Positions 1 through 11,600 of a DNA stretch of 64,000 bases are shown piece after piece. Source of the stretch: Auanema rhodensis (lineage: Eukaryota; Animalia; Nematoda). The notes below the pieces were generated by a model that saw only the letters and a program-made list of their open reading frames with translations, did no database searches and was not told the DNA's origin. The first letter of the stretch is position 1; each line of letters begins with the position of its first letter. The position numbers and the translations under genes are program-made. The DNA is taken from NCBI GenBank assembly GCA_964057225.1, contig OZ059897.1, forward strand, positions 17,608,001 through 17,672,000, read 5' to 3'.

Positions 1-172
1 ATATAAGTGTGAACTTATATCAGTTGATATCTCGGTGCATTTTTAAGCTAGCGCAAATCTGATAACACAGATCGACGTAGCTTGAAAATCCGCATCGAAT
101 GCACTATACTACATTGAGAAACGCTTAATACAAAAATTAGTTATGATCGTTTGAAAAATGATGCATTAGTGT

Positions 173-200
173 ATGTTGAGTTTCCATGTACACTCAACAT
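173..200. other. Inverted repeat H3 (9-bp stem, 10-nt loop); one example given
   Basis: ATGTTGAGT-ttccatgtac-ACTCAACAT: exact reverse-complement arms. Confidence 0.9.
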
Positions 201-350
201 TGCTTCCAAAAACATTTTGACAAAATTTTTTTCGAAAAATTTCAAAATAATTTAGCAAAAAGTAGATGTTTTTAGATTCCTTTTTTCAAGGCAAAGACGA
301 TGGACAATGTTATTCAACGAAAAAAACAATTCTTCAGGGTGAAAATCGAG

Positions 351-372
351 GATATAAGTGTGAACTTATATC
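351..372. other. Inverted repeat H1 (9-bp stem, 4-nt loop), present in every monomer; one example given
   Basis: GATATAAGT-gtga-ACTTATATC: the arms are exact reverse complements. It overlaps a second dyad, ATATCA-gt-TGATAT. Confidence 0.9.
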
Positions 373-389
373 AGTTGATATATCGGTGC

Positions 390-440
390 ATTTTTAAGCT
401 AGCGCAAATCTGATAACACAGATCGACGCAGCTTAAAAAT
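390..440. other. Long imperfect inverted repeat H2 (monomer positions 39-89); one example given
   Basis: ATTTTTAAGCT / AGCTTAAAAAT (11 bp perfect) encloses GCG/CGC and ATCTG/CAGAT around an ATAACA loop. Confidence 0.9.
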
Positions 441-564
441 CCGCATCGAATGCACTATACTACATTGGGAAACGCTTGATACAAAAATTAGTTCTGATCG
501 TTTGAAAAATGATGCATTAGTGTATGTTGAGTTTCCATGTACGCTCAACATTGCTTCCAAAAAC

Positions 565-599
565 ATTTTGACAAAAATTTTTTCGAAAAATTTCAAAAT
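565..599. other. A/T-tract palindrome H4 (monomer positions 214-248); one example given
   Basis: Core TTTTTCGAAAAA is a 12-bp perfect palindrome, flanked by AAA/TTT and by outer arms ATTTTGA/TCAAAAT. Confidence 0.85.
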
Positions 600-1404
600 A
601 ATTTAGCAAAAAGTAGATGTTTTTAGATTCCTTTTTTCAAGGCAAAGACGATGGACAATGTTATTCAACGAAAAAATTTATTCTTCAGGGTGAAAATCGA
701 GGATATAAGTGTGAACTTATATCAGTTGATATCTCGGTGCATTTTTAAGCTAGCGCAAATCTGATAACACAGATCGACGCAGCTTAAAAATCCGCATCGA
801 ATGCACTATACTACATTGAGAAACGCTTAATACAAAAATTAGTTATGATCGTTTGAAAAATGATGCATTAGTGTATGTTGAGTTTCCATGTACACTCAAC
901 ATTGCTTCCAAAAACATTTTGACAAAAATTTTTTCGAAAAATTTCAAGATAATTTAGCAAAAAGTAGATGTTTTTAGATTCCTTTTTTCAAGGCAAAGAC
1001 GATGGACAATGTTATTCAACGAAAAAATTAATTCTTCAGGGTGAAAATCGAGGATATAAGTGTGAACTTATATCAGTTGATATCTCGGTGCATTTTTAAG
1101 CTAGCGCAAATCTGATAACACAGATCGACGTAGCTTAAAAATCCGCATCGAATGCACTATACTACATTGAGAAACGCTTAATACAAAAATTAGTTATGAT
1201 CGTTTGAAAAATGATGCATTAGTGTATGTTGAGTTTCCATGTACACTCAACATTGCTTCCAAAAACATTTTGACAAAAATTTTTTCGAAAAATTTCAAAA
1301 TAATTTAGCAAAAAGTAGATGTTTTTAGATTCCTTTTTTCAAGGCAAAGACGATGGACAATGTTATTCAACGAAAAAATTAATTCTTCAGGGTGAAAATC
1401 GAGG

Positions 1405-4212
1405 ATATAAGTGTGAACTTATATCAGTTGATATCTCGGTGCATTTTTAAGCTAGCGCAAATCTGATAACACAGATCGACGTAGCTTAAAAATCCGCATC
1501 GAATGCACTATACTACATTGAGAAACGCTTAATACAAAAATTAGTTATGATCGTTTGAAAAATGATGCATTAGTGTATGTTGAGTTTCCATGTACACTCA
1601 ACATTGCTTCCAAAAACATTTTGACAAAAATTTTTTCGAAAAATTTCAAAATAATTTAGCAAAAAGTAGATGTTTTTAGATTCCTTTTTTCAAGGCAAAG
1701 ACGATGGACAATGTTATTCAACGAAAAAAACAATTCTTCAGGGTGAAAATCGAGGATATAAGTGTGAACTTATATCAGTTGATATATCGGTGCATTTTTA
1801 AGCTAGCGCAAATCTGATAACACAGATCGACGCAGCTTAAAAATCCGCATCGAATGCACTATACTACATTGAGAAACGCTTGATACAAAAATTAGTTCTG
1901 ATCGTTTGAAAAATGATGCATTAGTGTATGTTGAGTTTCCATGTACACTCAACATTGCTTCCAAAAACATTTTGACAAAAATTTTTTCGAAAAATTTCAA
2001 AATAATTTAGCAAAAAGTAGATGTTTTTAGATTCCTTTTTTCAAGGCAAAGACGATGGACAATGTTATTCAACGAAAAAATTTATTCTTCAGGGTGAAAA
2101 TCGAGGATATAAGTGTGAACTTATATCAGTTGATATATCGGTGCATTTTTAAGCTAGCGCAAATCTGATAACACAGATCGACGCAGCTTAAAAATCCGCA
2201 TCGAATGCACTATACTACATTGAGAAACGCTTAATACAAAAATTAGTTATGATCGTTTGAAAAATGATGCATTAGTGTATGTTGAGTTTCCATGTACACT
2301 CAACATTGCTTCCAAAAACAATTTGACAAAACTTTTTTCGAAAAATTTCAAGATAATTTAGCAAAAAGTAGATGTTTTTAGATTCCTTTTTTCAAGGCAA
2401 AGACGATGGACAATGTTATTCAACGAAAAAAACAATTCTTCAGGGTGAAAATCGAGGATATAAGTGTGAACTTATATCAGTTGATATATCGGTGCATTTT
2501 TAAGCTAGCGCAAATCTGATAACACAGATCGACGCAGCTTACAAATCCGCATCGAATGCACTATACTACATTGAGAAACGCTTAATACAAAAATTAGTTA
2601 TGATCGTTTGAAAAATGATGCATTAGTGTATGTTGAGTTTCCATGTACACTCAACATTGCTTCCAAAAACATTTTGACAAAAATTTTTTCGAAAAATTTC
2701 AAAATAATTTAGCAAAAAGTAGATGTTTTTAGATTCCTTTTTTTAAGGCAAAGACGATGGACAATGTTATTCAACGAAAAAATTAATTCTTCAGGGTGAA
2801 AATCGAGGATATAAGTGTGAACTTATATCAGTTGATATCTCGGTGCATTTTTAAGCTAGCGCAAATCTGATAACACAGATCGACGTAGCTTAAAAATCCG
2901 CATCGAATGCACTATACTACATTGAGAAACGCTTAATACAAAAATTAGTTATGATCGTTTGAAAAATGATGCATTAGTGTATGTTGAGTTTCCATGTACA
3001 CTCAACATTGCTTCCAAAAACATTTTGACAAAAATTTTTTCGAAAAATTTCAAAATAATTTAGCAAAAAGTAGATGTTTTTAGATTCCTTTTTTCAAGGC
3101 AAAGACGATGGACAATGTTATTCAACGAAAAAAACAATTCTTCAGGGTGAAAATCGAGGATATAAGTGTGAACTTATATCAGTTGATATATCGGTGCATT
3201 TTTAAGCTAGCGCAAATCTGATAACACAGATCGACGCAGCTTAAAAATCCGCATCGAATGCACTATACTACATTGAGAAACGCTTGATACAAAAATTAGT
3301 TCTGATCGTTTGAAAAATGATGCATTAGTGTATGTTGAGTTTCCATGTACACTCAACATTGCTTCCAAAAACATTTTGACAAAAATTTTTTCGAAAAATT
3401 TCAAAATAATTTAGCAAAAAGTAGATGTTTTTAGATTCCTTTTTTCAAGGCAAAGACGATGGACAATGTTATTCAACGAAAAAATTTATTCTTCAGGGTG
3501 AAAATCGAGGATATAAGTGTGAACTTATATCAGTTGATATATCGGTGCATTTTTAAGCTAGCGCAAATCTGATAACACAGATCGACGCAGCTTAAAAATC
3601 CGCATCGAATGCACTATACTACATTGAGAAACGCTTAATACAAAAATTAGTTATGATCGTTTGAAAAATGATGCATTAGTGTATGTTGAGTTTCCATGTA
3701 CACTCAACATTGCTTCCAAAAACATTTTGACAAAACTTTTTTCGAAAAATTTCAAGATAATTTAGCAAAAAGTAGATGTTTTTAGATTCCTTTTTTCAAG
3801 GCAAAGACGATGGACAATGTTATTCAACGAAAAAAACAATTCTTCAGGGTGAAAATCGAGGATATAAGTGTGAACTTATATCAGTTGATATATAGGTGCA
3901 TTTTTAAGCTAGCGCAAATCTGATAACACAGATCGACGCAGCTTACAAATCCGCATCGAATGCACTATACTACATTGAGAAACGCTTAATACAAAAATTA
4001 GTTATGATCGTTTGAAAAATGATGCATTAGTGTATGTTGAGTTTCCATGTACACTCAACATTGCTTCCAAAAACATTTTGACAAAAATTTTTTCGAAAAA
4101 TTTCAAGATAATTTAGCAAAAAGTAGATGTTTTCAGATTCCTTTTTTCAAGGCAAAGACGATGGACAATGTTATTCAACGAAAAAATTAATTCTTCAGGG
4201 TGAAAATCGAGG
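1405..4212. repeat. 4-monomer (1404-bp) higher-order duplication
   Basis: The 127G+143C monomer recurs at 1404-bp spacing (visible as the ORFs at 399, 1803, 3207). The order of neighbouring variants (78T; 226C+246G; 85C) is also repeated. Confidence 0.8.
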
Positions 4213-5616
4213 ATATAAGTGTGAACTTATATCAGTTGATATCTCGGTGCATTTTTAAGCTAGCGCAAATCTGATAACACAGATCGACGTAGCTTAAAAA
4301 TCCGCATCGAATGCACTATACTACATTGAGAAACGCTTAATACAAAAATTAGTTATGATCGTTTGAAAAATGATGCATTAGTGTATGTTGAGTTTCCATG
4401 TACACTCAACATTGCTTCCAAAAACATTTTGACAAAAATTTTTTCGAAAAATTTCAAAATAATTTAGCAAAAAGTAGATGTTTTTAGATTCCTTTTTTCA
4501 AGGCAAAGACGATGGACAATGTTATTTAACGAAAAAATTAATTCTTCAGGGTGAAAATCGAGGATATAAGTGTGAACTTATATCAGTTGATATCTCGGTG
4601 CATTTTTAAGCTAGCGCAAATCTGATAACACAGATCGACGCAGCTTACAAATCCGCATCGAATGCACTATACTACATTGAGAAACGCTTAATACAAAAAT
4701 TAGTTATGATCGTTTGAAAAATGATGCATTAGTGTATGTTGAGTTTCCATGTACACTCAACATTGCTTCCAAAAACATTTTGACAAAAATTTTTTCGAAA
4801 AATTTCAAGATAATTTAGCAAAAAGTAGATGTTTTCAGATTCCTTTTTTCAAGGCAAAGACGATGGACAATGTTATTCAACGAAAAAATTAATTCTTCAG
4901 GGTGAAAATCGAGGATATAAGTGTGAACTTATATCAGTTGATATCTCGGTGCATTTTTAAGCTAGCGCAAATCTGATAACACAGATCGACGTAGCTTAAA
5001 AATCCGCATCGAATGCACTATACTACATTGAGAAACGCTTAATACAAAAATTAGTTATGATCGTTTGAAAAATGATGCATTAGTGTATGTTGAGTTTCCA
5101 TGTACACTCAACATTGCTTCCAAAAACATTTTGACAAAAATTTTTTCGAAAAATTTCAAAATAATTTAGCAAAAAGTAGATGTTTTTAGATTCCTTTTTT
5201 CAAGGCAAAGACGATGGACAATGTTATTTAACGAAAAAATTAATTCTTCAGGGTGAAAATCGAGGATATAAGTGTGAACTTATATCAGTTGATATCTCGG
5301 TGCATTTTTAAGCTAGCGCAAATCTGATAACACAGATCGACGCAGCTTACAAATCCGCATCGAATGCACTATACTACATTGAGAAACGCTTAATACAAAA
5401 ATTAGTTATGATCGTTTGAAAAATGATGCATTAGTGTATGTTGAGTTTCCATGTACACTCAACATTGCTTCCAAAAACATTTTGACAAAAATTTTTTCGA
5501 AAAATTTCAAGATAATTTAGCAAAAAGTAGATGTTTTCAGATTCCTTTTTTCAAGGCAAAGACGATGGACAATGTTATTCAACGAAAAAATTAATTCTTC
5601 AGGGTGAAAATCGAGG
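3862..5616. repeat. Dimer (702-bp) run
   Basis: 85C at 3946, 4648, 5350 and 315T at 4527, 5229, all 702 bp apart. Confidence 0.8.
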
Positions 5617-8600
5617 ATATAAGTGTGAACTTATATCAGTTGATATCTCGGTGCATTTTTAAGCTAGCGCAAATCTGATAACACAGATCGACGCAGCTTA
5701 AAAATCCGCATCGAATGCACTATACTACATTGAGAAACGCTTAATACAAAAATTAGTTATGATCGTTTGAAAAATGATGCATTAGTGTATGTTGAGTTTC
5801 CATGTACACTCAACATTGCTTCCAAAAACATTTTGACAAAACTTTTTTCGAAAAATTTCAAAATAATTTAGCAAAAAGTAGATGTTTTTAGATTCCTTTT
5901 TTCAAGGCAAAGACGATGGACAATGTTATTCAACGAAAAAATTTATTCTTCAGGGTGAAAATCGAGGATATAAGTGTGAACTTATATCAGTTGATATCTC
6001 GGTGCATTTTTAAGCTAGCGCAAATCTGATAACACAGATCGACGTAGCTTAAAAATCCGCATCGAATGCACTATACTACATTGAGAAACGCTTAATACAA
6101 AAATTAGTTATGATCGTTTGAAAAATGATGCATTAGTGTATGTTGAGTTTCCATGTACACTCAACATTGCTTCCAAAAACATTTTGACAAAAATTTTTTC
6201 GAAAAATTTCAAAATAATTTAGCAAAAAGTAGATGTTTTTAGATTCCTTTTTTCAAGGCAAAGACGATGGACAATGTTATTCAACGAAAAAATTAATTCT
6301 TCAGGGTGAAAATCGAGGATATAAGTGTGAACTTATATCAGTTGATATCTCGGTGCATTTTTAAGCTAGCGCAAATCTGATAACACAGATCGACGTAGCT
6401 TAAAAATCCGCATCGAATGCACTATACTACATTGAGAAACGCTTAATACAAAAATTAGTTATGATCGTTTGAAAAATGATGCATTAGTGTATGTTGAGTT
6501 TCCATGTACACTCAACATTGCTTCCAAAAACATTTTGACAAAAATTTTTTCGAAAAATTTCAAAATAATTTAGCAAAAAGTAGATGTTTTTAGATTCCTT
6601 TTTCCAAGGCAAAGACGATGGACAATGTTATTCAACGAAAAAAACAATTCTTCAGGGTGAAAATCGAGGATATAAGTGTGAACTTATATCAGTTGATATA
6701 TCGGTGCATTTTTAAGCTAGCGCAAATCTGATAACACAGATCGACGCAGCTTAAAAATCCGCATCGAATGCACTATACTACATTGAGAAACGCTTGATAC
6801 AAAAATTAGTTCTGATCGTTTGAAAAATGATGCATTAGTGTATGTTGAGTTTCCATGTACACTCAACATTGCTTCCAAAAACATTTTGACAAAAATTTTT
6901 TCGAAAAATTTCAAAATAATTTAGCAAAAAGTAGATGTTTTTAGATTCCTTTTTTCAAGGCAAAGACGATGGACAATGTTATTCAACGAAAAAAACAATT
7001 CTTCAGGGTGAAAATCGAGGATATAAGTGTGAACTTATATCAGTTGATATATCGGTGCATTTTTAAGCTAGCGCAAATCTGATAACACAGATCGACGCAG
7101 CTTACAAATCCGCATCGAATGCACTATACTACATTGAGAAACGCTTAATACAAAAATTAGTTATGATCGTTTGAAAAATGATGCATTAGTGTATGTTGAG
7201 TTTCCATGTACACTCAACATTGCTTCCAAAAACATTTTGACAAAAATTTTTTCGAAAAATTTCAAGATAATTTAGCAAAAAGTAGATGTTTTCAGATTCC
7301 TTTTTTCAAGGCAAAGACGATGGACAATGTTATTCAACGAAAAAATTAATTCTTCAGGGTGAAAATCGAGGATATAAGTGTGAACTTATATCAGTTGATA
7401 TCTCGGTGCATTTTTAAGCTAGCGCAAATCTGATAACACAGATCGACGTAGCTTAAAAATCCGCATCGAATGCACTATACTACATTGAGAAACGCTTAAT
7501 ACAAAAATTAGTTATGATCGTTTGAAAAATGATGCATTAGTGTATGTTGAGTTTCCATGTACACTCAACATTGCTTCCAAAAACATTTTGACAAAAATTT
7601 TTTCGAAAAATTTCAAAATAATTTAGCAAAAAGTAGATGTTTTTAGATTCCTTTTTTCAAGGCAAAGACGATGGACAATGTTATTTAACGAAAAAATTAA
7701 TTCTTCAGGGTGAAAATCGAGGATATAAGTGTGAACTTATATCAGTTGATATCTCGGTGCATTTTTAAGCTAGCGCAAATCTGATAACACAGATCGACGC
7801 AGCTTAAAAATCCGCATCGAATGCACTATACTACATTGAGAAACGCTTAATACAAAAATTAGTTATGATCGTTTGAAAAATGATGCATTAGTGTATGTTG
7901 AGTTTCCATGTACACTCAACATTGCTTCCAAAAACATTTTGACAAAAATTTTTTCGAAAAATTTCAAAATAATTTAGCAAAAAGTAGATGTTTTCAGATT
8001 CCTTTTTTCAAGGCAAAGACGATGGACAATGTTATTCAACGAAAAAATTTATTCTTCAGGGTGAAAATCGAGGATATAAGTGTGAAATTATATCAGTTGA
8101 TATCTCGGTGCATTTTTAAGCTAGCGCAAATCTGATAACACAGATCGACGCAGCTTAAAAATCCGCATCGAATGCACTATACTACATTGAGAAACGCTTA
8201 ATACAAAAATTAGTTATGATCGTTTGAAAAATGATGCATTAGTGTATGTTGAGTTTCCATGTACACTCAACATTGCTTCCAAAAACATTTTGACAAAACT
8301 TTTTTCGAAAAATTTCAAAATAATTTAGCAAAAAGTAGATGTTTTTAGATTCCTTTTTTCAAGGCAAAGACGATGGACAATGTTATTCAACGAAAAAATT
8401 TATTCTTCAGGGTGAAAATCGAGGATATAAGTGTGAACTTATATCAGTTGATATATCGGTGCATTTTTAAGCTAGCGCAAATCTGATAACACAGATCGAC
8501 GCAGCTTAAAAATCTGCATCGAATGCACTATACTACATTGAGAAACGCTTAATACAAAAATTAGTTATGATCGTTTGAAAAATGATTCATTAGTGTATGT

Positions 8601-11600
8601 TGAGTTTCCATGTACACTCAACATTGCTTCCAAAAACATTTTGACAAAACTTTTTTCGAAAAATTTCAAGATAATTTAGCAAAAAGTAGATGTTTTTAGA
8701 TTCCTTTTTTCAAGGCAAAGACGATGGACAATGTTATTCAACGAAAAAATTAATTCTCCAGGGTGAAAATCGAGGATATAAGTGTGAACTTATATCAGTT
8801 GATATCTCGGTGCATTTTTAAGCTAGCGCAAATCTGATAACACAGATCGACGCAGCTTAAAAATCCGCATCGAATGCACTATACTACATTGAGAAACGCT
8901 TAATACAAAAATTAGTTATGATCGTTTGAAAAATGATGCATTAGTGTATGTTGAGTTTCCATGTACACTCAACATTGCTTCCAAAAACATTTTGACAAAA
9001 CTTTTTTCGAAAAATTTCAAAATAATTTAGCAAAAAGTAGATGTTTTTAGATTCCTTTTTTCAAGGCAAAGACGATGGACAATGTTATTCAACGAAAAAA
9101 TTAATTCTTCAGGGTGAAAATCGAGGATATAAGTGTGAACTTATATCAGTTGATATCTCGGTGCATTTTTAAGCTAGCGCAAATCTGATAACACAGATCG
9201 ACGTAGCTTAAAAATCCGCATCGAATGCACTATACTACATTGAGAAACGCTTAATACAAAAATTAGTTATGATCGTTTGAAAAATGATGCATTAGTGTAT
9301 GTTGAGTTTCCATGTACACTCAACATTGCTTCCAAAAACATTTTGACAAAACTTTTTTCGAAAAATTTCAAAATAATTTAGCAAAAAGTAGATGTTTTTA
9401 GATTCCTTTTTTCAAGGCAAAGACGATGGACAATGTTATTCAACGAAAAAATTTATTCTTCAGGGTGAAAATCGAGGATATAAGTGTGAACTTATATCAG
9501 TTGATATATCGGTGCATTTTTAAGCTAGCGCAAATCTGATAACACATATCGACGCAGCTTAAAAATCTGCATCGAATGCACTATACTACATTGAGAAACG
9601 CTTAATACAAAAATTAGTTATGATCGTTTGAAAAATGATTCATTAGTGTATGTTGAGTTTCCATGTACACTCAACATTGCTTCCAAAAACATTTTGACAA
9701 AACTTTTTTCGAAAAATTTCAAGATAATTTAGCAAAAAGTAGATGTTTTTAGATTCCTTTTTTCAAGGCAAAGACGATGGACAATGTTATTCAACGAAAA
9801 AATTAATTCTCCAGGGTGAAAATCGAGGATATAAGTGTGAACTTATATCAGTTGATATCTCGGTGCATTTTTAAGCTAGCGCAAATCTGATAACACAGAT
9901 CGACGCAGCTTAAAAATCCGCATCGAATGCACTATACTACATTGAGAAACGCTTAATACAAAAATTAGTTATGATCGTTTGAAAAATGATGCATTAGTGT
10001 ATGTTGAGTTTCCATGTACACTCAACATTGCTTCCAAAAACATTTTGACAAAACTTTTTTCGAAAAATTTCAAAATAATTTAGCAAAAAGTAGATGTTTT
10101 TAGATTCCTTTTTTCAAGGCAAAGACGATGGACAATGTTATTCAACGAAAAAATTAATTCTTCAGGGTGAAAATCGAGGATATAAGTGTGAACTTATATC
10201 AGTTGATATCTCGGTGCATTTTTAAGCTAGCGCAAATCTGATAACACAGATCGACGTAGCTTAAAAATCCGCATCGAATGCACTATACTACATTGAGAAA
10301 CGCTTAATACAAAAATTAGTTAAGATCGTTTGAAAAATGATGCATTAGTGTATGTTGAGTTTCCATGTACACTCAACATTGCTTCCAAAAACATTTTGAC
10401 AAAAATTTTTTCGAAAAATTTCAAAATAATTTAGCAAAAAGTAGATGTTTTTAGATTCCTTTTTTCAAGGCAAAGACGATGGACAATGTTATTCAACGAA
10501 AAAAACAATTCTTCAGGGTGAAAATCGAGGATATAAGTGTGAACTTATATCAGTTGATATATCGGTGCATTTTTAAGCTAGCGCAAATCTGATAACACAG
10601 ATCGACGCAGCTTAAAAATCCGCATCGAATGCACTATACTACATTGAGAAACGCTTGATACAAAAATTAGTTCTGATCGTTTGAAAAATGATGCATTAGT
10701 GTATGTTGAGTTTCCATGTACACTCAACATTGCTTCCAAAAACATTTTGACAAAAATTTTTTCGAAAAATTTCAAAATAATTTAGCAAAAAGTAGATGTT
10801 TTTAGATTCCTTTTTTCAAGGCAAAGACGATGGACAATGTTATTCAACGAAAAAATTTATTCTTCAGGGTGAAAATCGAGGATATAAGTGTGAACTTATA
10901 TTAGTTGATATATCGGTGCATTTTTAAGCTAGCGCAAATCTGATAACACAGATCGACGCAGCTTAAAAATCCGCATCGAATGCACTATACTACATTGAGA
11001 AACGCTTAATACAAAAATTAGTTATGATCGTTTGAAAAATGATGCATTAGTGTATGTTGAGTTTCCATGTACACTCAACATTGCTTCCAAAAACATTTTG
11101 ACAAAACTTTTTTCGAAAAATTTCAAGATAATTTAGCAAAAAGTAGATGTTTTTAGATTCCTTTTTTCAAGGCAAAGACGATGGACAATGTTATTCAACG
11201 AAAAAAACAATTCTTCAGGGTGAAAATCGAGGATATAAGTGTGAACTTATATCAGTTGATATATCGGTGCATTTTTAAGCTAGCGCAAATCTGATAACAC
11301 AGATCGACGCAGCTTACAAATCCGCATCGAATGCACTATACTACATTGAGAAACGCTTAATACAAAAATTAGTTATGATCGTTTGAAAAATGATGCATTA
11401 GTGTATGTTGAGTTTCCATGTACACTCAACATTGCTTCCAAAAACATTTTGACAAAAATTTTTTCGAAAAATTTCAAAATAATTTAGCAAAAAGTAGATG
11501 TTTTTAGATTCCTTTTTTCAAGGCAAAGACGATGGACAATGTTATTCAACGAAAAAAACAATTCTTCAGGGTGAAAATCGAGGATATAAGTGTGAACTTA

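Noticed and set aside
230-246. CENP-B-box-like motif (TTCGAAAAATTTCAA)
   Set aside because: It matches only the TTCG....A half and lacks the essential CGGG of NTTCGNNNNANNCGGGN.
1-351. Tandem RNA gene cluster (5S rRNA, tRNA, snRNA, spliced leader)
   Set aside because: I recognise no 5S, tRNA cloverleaf, Pol III A/B/C box or spliced-leader sequence. An Infernal/Rfam scan would be the formal test.
352-358. TATA-like (TATAAG) and terminator-like hairpin/T-run motifs
   Set aside because: Expected by chance at 69% AT, with no downstream gene or other support.
7908-8135. 75-aa plus-strand ORF (MYTQHCF...)
   Set aside because: It is created by the chance combination of 273C (removes a TAG) and 246A in a monomer. 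It is satellite sequence, not a gene.
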